Assembly (NCBI GenBank): GCA_964016885.1
Contig: OZ024742.1
Span: 241,862,001-241,926,000, forward strand
Length of the DNA stretch: 64,000 nucleotides
Direction of reading: 5' to 3'
DNA from: Eledone cirrhosa
Lineage: Eukaryota
A program made the translations under genes and the position numbers. The notes beneath the pieces were generated by a model that saw only the letters and a program-made list of their open reading frames with translations, was not told the DNA's origin and made no database searches. Below, piece after piece: positions 27,121 through 41,296 of this stretch. Position 1 is the stretch's first letter. The number at the start of each line of letters is the position of its first letter.

Positions 27121-27870
27121 TCACAAAAACGTTTGCATAAGGGTTATATGTGTGTGCCTGTTCACATTTGTATTTGTTTCGTCCGTGACATAAGAACGAA
27201 AACTTTCCCCATATTCACTACATACTCAAATATACAAGAACATACAATTCCGCACCCACAAACAGTCAGACTTAAACATGTATATCTTTACGTTGAAGTA
27301 CATTTGTAAAGCATTCTTCATTTAATATTAACGCCTAGGAAACAATTTACCATTCTGAATGTTGTTACGATGACACTTTTTTTTATCTACTTTAGCTTTC
27401 CATTTGCTTACATACATACCAGCCTACATACATACATGCATAGATGGTGGCTGTCAACTCGTTTTCGAATAGGGCCACTACTTTATATCCATGTAGGAGA
27501 ACCCCTACCGATGCGCTGAACGAGTGTGACTTTTTAGTCCAGCCAGCGACTTGAAAACTCTGGTACAAACACTACACTTGTGACAATTATTGACACATAG
27601 TGCTAGGCCCATGGTATCATGTGACAACAAGTGGTGAGAGATCTCCAGATATAAAGCAATGCCTGTGCCGTGAAGCTTTTATAGTGAGCAAAGGCACTGC
27701 ACAAAGCCAGTCCCACTCTCTTAACCAAGATGATATTTACCAAAAAGAAGAACATCATTGGATACCATCAGGATTGCAGGTGTTATATTAGAGTTTTCCT
27801 TCTCCTAGAATTCTGCCTTGACAAAGGCTAAGGAGTCATCTCTCCCAGACATACATACATACATACATGC

Positions 27871-27952
<82 letters not shown>

Positions 27953-28012
27953 ATACATATATATTATAGTGAGCGAGACATATACAGTATATATATATAT
28001 ATATATATATAA

Positions 28013-28272
28013 AACGAAGGAATTGTGGTAAGGAACCAGATGGACCATAACGCACCAAAGTACTGAATACTTAGAGTGGGTAATAGGAACAAGTATGACC
28101 CCGACGGCAGAGCTTAAGCCGTTTTGATGGCTATTTCTGAACAGAAATAGCCATCAAAACGGCTTGAGCTCTGCCGTCTGGGTCTAATATGTTCCTATTA
28201 CCCACTCTACTACCCTAAGTATTGAGTACTCTGGTTATGGTCCATCTGGTTCCTTACCGCGACTCTTTCGTT
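28013..28272. mobile_element. Fold-back (palindromic) element, family 1
   Basis: About 130-bp imperfect arms centred on GATGGCTATTTCTG-AA-CAGAAATAGCCATC (28140-28141); (TA)n on both sides. Confidence 0.8.
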
Positions 28273-28314
28273 ATATATATATGTATATATACATATATTT
28301 ATATATATATATAT

Positions 28315-28577
28315 CCCAAAAGTCATCTCAAAAGTGACACAGAGAAGACTGAGGTTAACTGGACATGCTCACTGACATCCAGAGCTGACATTGCACTCAG
28401 TACTCCTTTGGGAGCCCCTACATGGACACACTAGAAGAGGAAGACCAAGGTTAACGTATGATGATGCCCTAAGGACAGACACTGGTCTGTTGGAGACGCA
28501 GGACATGGCAGCGATAATGAGGGACAGAGACCGCTGGAGAGAACTCGTCCATGGATCTCGGGAATTTTACCCGCCTT

Positions 28578-28579
<2 letters not shown>
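28315..28579 (+). pseudogene. Second RTE-group 3'-terminal fragment
   Basis: Near-identical to 25051-25305; ends CCGCCTTAG then (AT)n. Confidence 0.88.
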
Positions 28580-28631
<52 letters not shown>

Positions 28632-28676
28632 AGATCAAAAGATGGTTAAAGGAGTTCCATGTATTTTATTATGCGC

Positions 28677-28741
<65 letters not shown>

Positions 28742-29440
28742 GATAAACGAGTGTATTACAATTTTGAAAACTTTTAAAAATCTTGTTTATAATATTCAAA
28801 GAATCACAACATCTCTTGGATCCTTATTTTCAGACACCAGTTGACATCTCGTCGCTGTCTATACACAACCACACATTCACTCGTATTAAAGATATACACC
28901 TTAACCATCATCACAATCAGTTATAAGTCCAAGTTTCATTGCTCACACAGATTAAGCGCTTTGTCTTCAGTACAGCTACTTGCCACTTCTTTGTAGTATC
29001 CTTTGCTGTTAGCTTCGCTTCCTTGTGATCTGTTTCATCACCTCTCTGAACGTATTTCCTGGTCTTTCACAGCCACATCTACACACACACATAAACATAC
29101 ACAGACATGCACACACACACACACACACACACAGACACATACGCACTTAAAAATTTGATCATTTCACATCCATATGTGCATGTATGTGTATGTACGCTTG
29201 GAGACTACATTTCATATTCAAAAGAATTGAATTCTTACTAACACATGTATGCGTGAATTCGAAATCAACTAAATGGGAACAAACAGGAACCTCCATATAT
29301 AATTGACGATGATCTCCTTTATGCGTATTTGTTTTTCTTTCAAATTAATTGACTGATTATTGAAATTTTCAAAAGATAATATTCAAATATTTGTCATCTG
29401 ATCTCATATGTAAGGCTTCAAATGTTGAATTTATGTATAA

Positions 29441-30060
29441 CTAGCAGTGGTACCCGGCGTTGCACGGGATAAGGTATTTTGGAACGCGCGCTGCCAACAG
29501 ACCTAATCGTGGAGAAACTGCATGCCTGGACAATATGTAAAGAAAATAAACCGAATACTCTGATGGCTGAATAATCATTAAGATTTTCCTCGATGAAGCA
29601 GGGAAAATGCAGGTTTTCACCTAGGGGATCAAGAAATGAATTTTTTTATCTGCCTTGAAATTTCAGGAAAATCGGCTAGACGTAACGCCTCAAAAAAGCC
29701 CTAAAAAGCTGAACAAATGAAGTTGTTCACCTAATGCAGGCCCTAGGCCATAAAAAAGTTGAATTTTCTTTGCTCACGGTATGAAGAAGAGACTGATTAA
29801 TACATAGTTACAATTTCAAGGAAATCGGTCTGACGTAACACCTAAAAAAAACAATAAAAAGCTGAAAAAACGCAGTTTTCACCTAATGCGGGCCCTAGAG
29901 GATAAAAAAGTTGGATATTTTTTTATGTGCATAACACTCCCTAATATATAAGTAATACATATGTAAAGTTTGCAAAACATCGGTTGGGTACTTCTCGAGC
30001 TTTAGGGATTCAAACTCACAGACACACACAGACAGACATCATCAGTTTTATATATATAGA
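29441..30060 (-). mobile_element. Non-autonomous Helitron
   Basis: Minus strand starts TCTATATATATAAAA followed by GTCT repeats and ends CCCGTGCAACGCCGGG (hairpin) TACCACTG CTAG; inserted between A and T; internal ~150-bp tandem units at 29610-29920. Confidence 0.88.
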
Positions 30061-32373
30061 TTAGACATGTATTAGGAGGGAAGATATATATTTCCTGTAA
30101 AACTGATGAATGAGGCCATTTCAGAATACCTTCTGTATATTGTTTTACATTACTCATGTTCATTAGTCTCGATATCTTGTATTCACAGAGTCATTTTGAT
30201 ATTATAAATGGTTCTATTTTGACGAGCATTGCTTGTACAAATATTAACGTCAATGATGACAAATATTTGTGTCAATGTACAGTTATTAAACAATAAATCT
30301 ATGAACGTAGGGTGGTGTAAATAATATAATATGGTATGGTGATATCACGGGACTCTATATTTGCTGAATACCAACTGACGAAAGCTGGAGCTGTTGTATA
30401 GAAATATTCTACAGTTGTTATTTTATTGCACTACATGACTAAATATATAGTGAGAGAGTTGCTACTGAGGTTTAACACCACCTGAGCTCTGATCATGCTA
30501 ATCCATTATCAAAGGTGTTTAATGTATATCATCTAACATTGAGGCAATAAGTCAACAACTGCATTATCCAGTGGCATCTTTCTTAGCTTTATAAGGCGGT
30601 TGGTGGTAATTAGATTATGCTGCTATTTCTATCTGGTCTATCAACCATGCAGGGGCTCATTCGTTTGACCTGAATACTGAGTTTGGGCGGTCAGACTTGA
30701 TGGTGGTGGTGGTGAGAGGAAGGAGGTTGGGTAGATCGGTAGGTAATCTTTGATTGGTGAGGATTCATATTCATAAAATTCCCTCGTTGAAACAATTTAT
30801 ATACATGTCACGCATCTATTTATCTTCACAATAAGCATATAGGCATGCACCCTTTGGGAGAGGAATGGAACTATTTTATCGATCATAAGATAGAGTCAAA
30901 GTTGACCACGGTGAGATTTGAATTCTTGAAAGAAATGGGGTGCAGTTATATACGGCAGAAATGTTTGCACGATAGGAGGCTTATTCTAACAGTATACAGT
31001 CTTTAATAGGATCAATTAAATAGAAATATTAAGTATACTATCAAACAAATGCATGTTTATAAAAAGGCTAAAAATCATGTAAAATTACAGATACGCACAT
31101 AAACACATGTTTGTGTGTGTACATGTTTTGCTTTTATTTGTATATCTTTGTAATTATGGACATTCTTCCGACATTGTGCGCATGTTTACGTTGAACATGA
31201 AAGTAAGTTTTGCTGGAGAAGACAAAACTAACGGAATAATAATAAGTGGAACGTTAAACTGAATTATATATTTCTAGTTCAAATAGATAGTAATGTTTCC
31301 TCTTGATAAACAGTTAAATTTACCTTTCATTCATGCTGACATGGTAATACATGCGACTGGATATTCTGGAGCAACGATTTATGGCATCTATTATATTTAG
31401 AAATATTCAAACACTTCATAGACTATAGAAATTCCGTTTGATCTCTCTATTTACAACTTCCGCCTTGTCATTCACACCTAGATACTTCTTTCAAGAATAA
31501 ACTTTCTATTTAAGACATCAGCATTTATTGGTATATCCACATATGTTCACATATATACACCTCAATAGTAGATGATAACTATAAACACAAATAGTTAGTT
31601 TTCTCATATGCGAACCTATCTCCAAACTCTTTACTTGCAAGGTGGAATTCAGTACGTATGATCTCCTGTGTATCGTAGTCGAGCAAATAAACATACACCC
31701 TTAAGTCTATGCAGACGTATATTTATACATATAATTATTTATACAAAGAATTATGTTCAGAATATAGTTGACGAAAAACACTTTTTAAAACACTGCATGA
31801 CATTAAAATGGAGCATTCTGTTAGTATTGTGAGGAGATTTTTTTTTCTTCTCATAAGGGCAGCAACGTAAAAAGACAATCAGGCGTATTGCATACAGACC
31901 AGACTGCATGCAGAATATGAAGAATAGGAGTCTAGATCGCTCCCGGATTTGAGCTGGTGTTAAACAAGTGAGGATTGTAATTGTATATAGATTAGTATAT
32001 ACTGCTTTATCGATCTATTCCCTATCTAATATAGATGAAATGATTGCAGCCGTCAGGCGCAGTGCACTGCACAAGAAGAAAGGAAATAAAATTGCTTGTA
32101 GCGGATATTATCAGACATATCAGCATGATTTTCTCTACTCACCACGATTGCTATCTCTTCTACTTCAATGTTGACACATTCATAAATGTCTTGGACTAAA
32201 CGGTGTCCATAGCCCATAGCTTGTTTCAGACACCTGCTAGGTTTCCTTGCCATAACAATTGATTATTCAACATACATTGTTACTGTACGTTATTCACTAT
32301 TATTCATTATTCATTACTTTTTTTATATTTGTAGATATAGTGTTTCAGTTGAAAATACATTTATCAATATTAA

Positions 32374-32429
<56 letters not shown>

Positions 32430-32430
32430 A

Positions 32431-32508
<78 letters not shown>

Positions 32509-32516
32509 AATGTATA

Positions 32517-32597
<81 letters not shown>

Positions 32598-32670
32598 GCT
32601 TGTGTGAGTGTGTGTGTGTCTATGTGTGCTTGTGTTTATTTATGTATTTGTGTGTAATTTAACGAAGTTA

Positions 32671-32940
32671 GTGTTGCAGTATATGTACAAACGTTATTTG
32701 CAAATTACTAGAATTTCAATATCGATCAACCCAGGGTACAATCAAGGTAATGGGGCCCCGACACCTTTTCGCCATCTCGTCAGATATGCGAGCTGTAGAC
32801 GTGTCTTTGCACATATAAGCTCGCATATCTGACAAGATGTCGAAAGAGCGTCGGGCTCCATCACCTAGATTGTACCCTGAGCTGATCGATATCGAAACAA
32901 TTGTAATATGCAAATAAAGTTTGTACATATGCTGCAACAT
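32671..32940. mobile_element. Fold-back element (family 3) with a minimal hammerhead-like core in each arm
   Basis: About 124-bp imperfect arms; plus strand CTGACAA-GATGTC-GAAA-GAGC-GTC (32829-32852), minus strand CTGACGA-GATGGC-GAAA-AGGT-GTC (32783-32760). Confidence 0.7.
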
Positions 32941-32978
32941 TGACTCCGACTCTTTTAATTATCTCTCTCTCTCTCTCA

Positions 32979-33360
<382 letters not shown>

Positions 33361-33701
33361 TTGCGAGGTTTTTTATATGAAATCGTGTGTCGAAACAAAT
33401 ATTGTTATACTTGGGGAGGGTCATATTTGTGTAATATTGCCAGAATTAATAACAGAACACACTCACTGTTTGGTTGGTTTTCGCTTCTCGCTTCTGTGTC
33501 TTTTATATCGGTAATCTAACTTACTCGGTCCTCAATGTTGCCATTGACTGACCGACGGTCAAAAATATTACAGATACAATATAGACACAAACACATATAT
33601 ATAGTTTATCATAAATCTTTCGTTGCACATCTGCAACATCGTCAGTGGTGCTATCTTTTCCTCCTGTTGTATTGTATATCTAATACAGGTAGTCTATTGT
33701 T

Positions 33702-34649
33702 AGACTACCTGTATTAGACACAGAACTCTGGATTAACACTATAGACGAGAGAGCCCAAATTCTCCACTCACACTATGCTAAACCCATGGCCTCCAAATAC
33801 CTGATACTCAAAAACTCAGCAATGTCCAGTAGTGCTAAGTTTAATATTCTGATCGCAGATTTGGTACGAGTGATGAAGAATGTGTCCCGCATGTGCGACC
33901 CAACAGAAATTGAAAGACACATCCAACACTTCATCAACAGAGTCAGAGTATACGAAGGAGCCATGGAGAAGTATAAGACCCTCATAGAACTGGACATGAA
34001 AGGAATTTGCCCATTGTACAGGAGCAAATCATGGAATAGCTTAGATAGGGCTAGACATAAGATAGGGAAAGCCACCTCATGGTACGACAACCAGAGATAC
34101 CAGAGTGTCATGTTTGTGGACGCTACCCCTGGAGGGAAATTAGTTAACCAGTGTAGAAAGGCCCTGAGAAAGACCCACTTAAAAATTAAGGTGGTAGAAA
34201 AGCCAGGAACCACCATAAAATCCCTGATCAGCAAAACCTACCCTTTTAAGAAAACCCACTGCACCAATAGGAAATGTATCATATGTAAGGTAAACCCCCG
34301 GATAAACTGTAAAACTAGAAACGTAGTCTATAGCATAAGATGTACAGAGGGTACTTGCAGAAACATGACAACAACATACATAGGTGAGACAGCTCGTAGC
34401 ATAGGTGAAAGGATAGACCAACACTGGGGGGAACTAAAAGGACGAAAAAACGGGTCAGTACTATACGAACATGCTAGACAACAACATGACGGTAACTTAG
34501 ACAACATAAAAATTAGAATAATATCTAAACATAGAAATGACCCAGCAGATAGGCAAATCAGAGAGGCCAGTGAAATAGAAATTAGATGACCAAGACTAAA
34601 CAGAAAGAATGAATGGAATAACAAACACACAAACAACAAACAACACTGA
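33702..34649 (+). pseudogene. PLE ORF C-terminal part: RT motif LPVLD, thumb, Cys linker, GIY-YIG endonuclease
   Basis: RLPVLDTELW..YAKPM; FVDATPGG; CTNRKCIIC; NVVYSIRC..YIGETARSIGERIDQH; RQIREA. The TGA at 34587-34589 is premature, since PRLNRKNEW follows in frame. Confidence 0.88.
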
Positions 34650-34900
34650 CCTAAGAGAAGTATAAATAAGTAAATAAAATAAAATAAATAAATAAATACA
34701 TACACAAGCACAATAACAACAAGCACATACACACACACTAGTCACCCATCACACAGCAAACAAAACACTATACACACACGCAAACGCATGCGCAAAGAAG
34801 ACAAAATAAAATAAACAAACAAGCAAATAAATAAATAAATATATAGACAGACTGAATAAAAATGGCGTAGACATACAATACAACAGGAGGAAAAGATAGC

Positions 34901-34942
34901 ACCACTGACGATGTTGCAGATGTGCAACGAAAGATTTATGAT
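34901..34942 (+). ncRNA. Hammerhead-like motif in the PLE pLTR (mirror copy on minus strand at about 33609-33650)
   Basis: CTGACGA-T-GTTGCA-GATG-TGCAAC-GAAA-GATTTA; 6-bp stem II, weak stems I and III. Confidence 0.55.
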
Positions 34943-35707
34943 AAACTATATATATGTGTTTGTGTCTATATTGTATCTGTATTATTTTTGACCGTCGGTC
35001 AGTCAATGGCAACATTGAGGACCGAGTAAGTTAGATTACCGATATAAAAGACACAGAAGCGAGAAGCGAAAACCAACCAAACAGTGAGTGTGTTCTGTTA
35101 TTAATTCTGGCAATATTACACAAATATGACCCTCCCCAAGTATAACAATATATATATATATATATATATGAAGGTATGGAATGGTATTCACACATGTTAA
35201 CATGCATGTGTTTGTTTATAAAGTGTACAGGATAATTATGTCATCGACATAAAATCGAACGGACATTTTTCTTATAATTACTTGATAAGTTATGCAAGCA
35301 CATCATATTCTTTATTATTTTCTCTTTCTATGACGAACAAAATCTTTTCATTCATCCATTTCGTGATTCGTGTCATACTTCTCCGGAACTACCGAAAAGT
35401 GCTTATATTAATAAGACAATTTCAAATTTCAATTGAATATTAGGCGTTGGGCAGATTTTATTCTTGTATGTTTCAATGACATCCGATAACACTATATATG
35501 TTCCCACCATCGAGATATTTTTTCATTATATTCATTTCCTGATGTACTGTTTCATTGCTATATCTCTTTGTTCTATGAGAAGAATTTGCTAGTCTGCTCA
35601 TTGATTCCCCATTTCTATGGAAAGGGATACCGTGGGTAGTTTTACCACAACCCTTCACATTCTAAGAGAGAAAAGTGATATATAGATAGATCGATAGATA
35701 GATAGAT

Positions 35708-35747
<40 letters not shown>

Positions 35748-35901
35748 GGAGAGAGAAGAACAACCCCATTACTTGATTTATTTTATGGTTGCAAGAAGTA
35801 TTAAAAGGAACGTTGACCTATATGGTGGGATCAAATCTTAATGCAAAGAAGAGGGTAAAATACCGAAACACAGTTCATCCGACATCAGAAAGAAAGAAAC
35901 A

Positions 35902-35959
<58 letters not shown>

Positions 35960-36792
35960 CAATGACGTAGAAGTCAATAGGTTATAGTTCACCTCATTTA
36001 TTTGTTACATATATATTTTGGTAATTTTAAACTGTTCTAGTTTGTATACATTTTAACCTTTTTACATATTGCAGGTTAAACCTCAATGCTAGGGTAGCTA
36101 CAGTCCATCGACTGAAAATAGAAAATGACTAAATACGAATTCGATTGGTGTTAATGAATATAATAGGCGTGACGAGTGAAAAATCTAGCGCTTCAGGTTC
36201 ATGGAAAAAGATGAAGGTGGCATTGGCATGGCTGTATACAGTGAATAATTAATTGACAGTTTTAAACATCATTTTTCATGTTGGGGAATACACACCTGAA
36301 TTTTTAATACATCTTATCAAAACCATATAAGGGCAGGCGTAAACGACGTATGGCGTTTAGCTCACCTCTGCCCACTCAACACGTTTTTTGTGGCTTATAT
36401 TTCTGCTGAAGCATTGGAAATAATTAACTAATCCTCTTAACAATTTACGGTATTCTTCATAATGATCTCAATTAGCAATTTGCAAGATATAATTATCTTC
36501 AGAATGTTTATGGTAATTCGATAATGTAAATCAAAATTGCTAATATCTAGTTTTCGTACGAGTCAACATGATAATGTGCTAGAAATAGCAACCAAAGTTC
36601 CTTTAAATCACACATTGCCATATTAAATATGATGATTTCTTAGACTACACCGAATAATGGAAAACATAATATTACACACACGTCAGCCGAAGAAAAAAAA
36701 CAACGGAATGGTTACAGCTAGAAGGCTTTTGATCATAGGTCTACTTAATCATACTCAGCCTGGGGCTAAGCAGTAATAACAGCAACTGTTTC

Positions 36793-36841
<49 letters not shown>

Positions 36842-36847
36842 ATTGTA

Positions 36848-36922
<75 letters not shown>

Positions 36923-37011
36923 ATTGTAGTAGTAGTAGTAGTAGTAGTAGTAGGAGGAGGAGGAGGAGGAGGAGTAGTAGTATTAGTAGTAGTAGTAGTA
37001 CTACTACTAGT
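36793..37011. repeat. (TAG)n/(GAG)n trinucleotide microsatellite
   Basis: Direct inspection. Confidence 0.95.
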
Positions 37012-37435
37012 AACGGCAACAACGTTGGCGGTGTGAAGGAATTCATTCATCTCTTTTTTTTTTGTATTCAAGAATTAAAATAAAATATGCATTGATTTGG
37101 AAATACATTTGTTCACTAATTAAGTAATTAAACAATAGAAATGTGTGCAACTCCCTAAACTGCTCCAGAACTACTAAATACTTGTTTCTCTTTTCCTAAT
37201 TTAAAATACAATGAAAGAGGCATTGTCGTCGCTCAACTCACCTCTTTCTTAGCGCTGCTTCACCTGTCGAACTTGTAAAATGATACCAACCAGTTTACCC
37301 GACATGTATTTGCAGGATATTGGCTACACACACACACATACACACACATACACACACACACATATACAGACACATACCCCCATCCCCTCTCTCTCCTTCT
37401 CTCTCTCCCTCACACACACACTCATATAATATATA

Positions 37436-37479
<44 letters not shown>

Positions 37480-37565
37480 CGTATATACGTATATACGTAT
37501 ATACGTGTATATATATATCCTCATTTTACTGTAATGTTCTCGTCTGTTCTTTTTCTTCCTTGACT

Positions 37566-37577
37566 CATACATACAAG

Positions 37578-37609
<32 letters not shown>

Positions 37610-37645
37610 AATACATACATACGTACATACACACATACATACAAG

Positions 37646-37677
<32 letters not shown>

Positions 37678-38031
37678 AATACATACATACGTACATACAC
37701 ACAATCATACATGCATAAATACACATACATATATACATAAATACATACATACGTACATACACACATACACACAAACATACATACATACATAAATACATAC
37801 ATACGTACATACACACAATCATACATGCATAAATACACATACATATATACATAAATACATACATACGTACATACACACATACACACAAACATACATAAAT
37901 ACATATATAAATACACATACATATATACATAAATACATACATACCTACATACACACAAGCATACATACATACATACACATACATATATACATAAATACAT
38001 ACGTACATACACACATACATACATACATACA

Positions 38032-38062
<31 letters not shown>

Positions 38063-38100
38063 GTATGTATTTATGTATGTATGTATGTATGCATGTATGT
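37566..38100. repeat. (ACAT)n-derived minisatellite with higher-order units
   Basis: Variant blocks such as ACACAATCATACATGCATAAATAC repeat at about 116-bp spacing. Confidence 0.85.
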
Positions 38101-38466
38101 GTGCGTGTGAGAGTATGTGGGTGTGTGGGTGTGTTTAAAAAGTGGTATCTAAACTACATTTTATCATTGTTTTTCTTTACGGCATATCCTATTTCAGAGT
38201 TGCTACCACGAAAGATCTTTGTCACCGAGTTCATGTACTTTTATCTCTACAATTGAAAAAGGAGAAAATTACAAACAATCATCACAGTACCACCATTTTT
38301 TGCTAGGATTTCTGGTTGCAGGCAACTGAGACGATTACAATTCCCGTCTCTTTTCATGAAAATTCGTTTCGAAATAATTTAATAATGCATTGAAAATTAC
38401 AATTTCACTATGTAAAAAACTTTGGTCAGAATATATATACAATGGTGATAATAATAGTTTAATAGT

Positions 38467-38513
<47 letters not shown>

Positions 38514-38530
38514 GTAGTACTATTACTACT

Positions 38531-38950
38531 GGTTTCCGATTTTGACACAAGGCTAACAGTTTTAGGGGAAGCAAAGTTGATTAAATCTACCCCAGTGCAT
38601 TATTGCTTTATTTTATCGATCCCGTAAGGATGAAATGCAAAGCTAACCTCGGCGAGATTCTAACTCAGAACGTAAAGATCTGTAACTCTATGCTGTAAAA
38701 CATGGCGTCCGATAATCAACCGAATCTACCAATCCACCGCTCTAATAATAATAATGGTTTCTTATATAGGCACAAGGCCAGTAATTTGGGGGGAGGGGAA
38801 AGTCGATTAAATCGACCCAAGGGCGTGACTGGTACTTTATTTTACCGACCCCGTAAGGATGAAAGGCAAAGTTAACCTCGGCGGGATTTGAACTCAGAAT
38901 GGCAAGGGCCGTAACTATGCTGGAAAGCATGGCGTCCGACCCTCTACTGA
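38531..38950 (-). mobile_element. Two head-to-tail SINEs (38531-38740, 38756-38950)
   Basis: Cores and B boxes on the minus strand; separated by (TAA)n and preceded by (TAC)n. Confidence 0.88.
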
Positions 38951-39006
38951 TATAATAATGTTGGCAGAAGTAGTAATAGAAACAGCAGTATTAGTATTAT
39001 TATTAT

Positions 39007-39183
39007 TGGCAGTATCGGTAGAGGGTCGGACGCCATGCTTTGACGCATAGAGTTACGGCCCTTGCACTTCTGCGTTCAAATCCCGCCGAGGTTAACTTTG
39101 CCTTTCATCCTTACGGGGTCGATAAAATAAAGTACCAGTAATGCACTGGGTAATTGCTGGCCTTGTGCCAAAAGTAGAAACAA
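39007..39183 (+). mobile_element. SINE, short subfamily
   Basis: TGGCAGTATCGG, GTTCAAATCCCGCC, core, tail GGCCTTGTGCCAAAAGTAGAAAC; (ATT)n on both sides. Confidence 0.92.
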
Positions 39184-39901
39184 TTATTATTAGTAGTAGT
39201 GATTTCTAACTTAAGCACAAGACCAACAAGTTGTGCGAGAAGGATGTCGATGACAATAACCCAGTACTTCACCCTTCCGTTATTTTATCGACTTTGTAAG
39301 AAATAAATGCAAATGTGTTCCTTGAAACTTCCTCTACCGAAACGATTCTCTTGTTTAGTGTCATTTTTTAACTTTGCAGATTAGTTTTGTTTACCATTCC
39401 CACAAATTCATTTCTCCAGCGGGAATGAGAACTAAAACTTTTTCTCCAAACGTAAACCAATCGTTTCATTACTTCACCCATTTTTCAGTACCCCTTTACC
39501 ACCGCACATAGAAAGATACACACACGTAAGCACTCACACGCAACAACGCAAATAGCAGCAGGCACACATAAAGTACCCTCATAATGTGGCTAACAACGAA
39601 CACGAGTTAATAAAAATTATTGTCATTGTCAGACAACACACCCAAAACTATAATTTGACTGTAAAATAAAATCTGGATTCGAATACTGTTACGCACCCAC
39701 ACATACGCACACACACACACACATGCACACATACACACATGTGTGTGTGTATATATATATATAGATATATTTAGATTCCGTCATTACCACAACAGAAGTC
39801 CGACGAGCTTTGATTCTAGAGTAAGGCTAGATCGATACAGATCGAACCTTGAGCTGTCACTACTCAAGAAACGTAATGAAACCTAACAAATCGTCTTTTC
39901 T

Positions 39902-39976
<75 letters not shown>

Positions 39977-40194
39977 AACACACACCCACAAACACACCCA
40001 AACACGCACTCACATGCACACACTCACGCACATATATTTATATTTATTTAGTTATTTAGAGAGAGATTTGTAGAAAATAACAGTGAAGCTTATATGTTGG
40101 TGCTCGCTAAGCCTTTAGTTAACTATTGGTGATTCTGACACGTGTTTCGTTGCGTTGCGTTGCCAATAAATCTATATTATTACATAATCACTTA

Positions 40195-40372
40195 GATTGG
40201 CAGTATCGGTATAGACTCGGACGCCATGCTTTCCAGCATAGATATGTCCCTTTACGGTCTGAGTTCAAATCCCGCCGAGGTTAACTTTGCCTTTCATCCT
40301 TACGGGGTCAATGAAATAAAGTACCAGTAATGTACTGGGTGATTGTTGGCCTTGTGCCAAAAGTAGAGACAA
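40195..40372 (+). mobile_element. SINE, short subfamily
   Basis: A and B boxes, core, tail; flanked by the repeat ATTATTACATAATC[A/C]CTTA. Confidence 0.9.
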
Positions 40373-40404
40373 TTATTACATAATCCCTTATTTCATCCCA
40401 TATA

Positions 40405-40492
<88 letters not shown>

Positions 40493-41296
40493 CAGTATAT
40501 AGGGCTTCATATGCTCTAATATTTGAAAAATATTATGGTATATGAACATCCCGTTAAGGGTGAAAGCGGCGATTATTTGCTTAAACTTTAATCTGTTCTT
40601 ATAATAAATACTTGCTCTACGGGTTTTTATATTTATATGTATTTTATATATATATAATCCTTATCGAGCCCTCTTCGGATTGTAGTCTTCACATTTATTA
40701 TATATATATATATATATATATACTTTATCGAGATTAATATCTGCCGCTACATTGAGTTTCGTTGGCTCCAACTTAACACGCAATTTCTTAAATCATCTTG
40801 AAAGTTTTTAGTAGATAGCAATAGAATAATTTCTCTCATTCGGAAAAATTCCTATTTTGAGAAGTATATTTAAAGTGTATATTGAATATATAAGTATTCA
40901 CACGAGTCATCATAGTAATATAATAAATATATATCGTATATTTTACTTAGTATTGAACACTTTCCTCTGTTGTGTGTTTGTATGCATCCCCAGGAAATAT
41001 ATTTACACTAGATTCTAAATATTTAAATAAACTTTTAGAATGAGTATACATATAAAAGTCATCCATATTCTATCAACAATTGCTGGAGACATGATAAAAT
41101 TATTGAATTTATTTGTTAATAATTTCAAAATTTCTTATAATAAATTTTTTGTCTTTAGTTGATAGTAGTAAAAAAAATTCTTTCTGTCTCTGGAACAATA
41201 TTATTATATTTAGAGAATAATAGATACACATGAAGAAACTATGTAGAATATTTATAATCATACGTACAGTCTCACATACATGTATTCACATCACAT

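Larger units (their letters stand above)
33400..35151 (+). mobile_element. 5'-truncated Penelope-like element (Neptune type) with inverted pLTRs
   Basis: About 280-bp near-identical inverted repeats (33400-33682, 34868-35151) flank an RT-thumb plus GIY-YIG ORF; right end abuts (TA)n. Confidence 0.9.

Noticed and set aside
27445-27850. GC-richer segment ending GAGTTTTCCTTCTCCTAG...AAGGCTAAGGAG, probably retroposon-derived
   Set aside because: Single copy in the window; family and boundaries could not be established.
30100-30130. CTGATGA-ATG-AGGC-CAT hammerhead-like start
   Set aside because: No GAAA box or stem III follows.
39782-39890. CCGACGAG...GAAACGTA possible hammerhead
   Set aside because: The core is mutated and no convincing stem II or stem III could be built.
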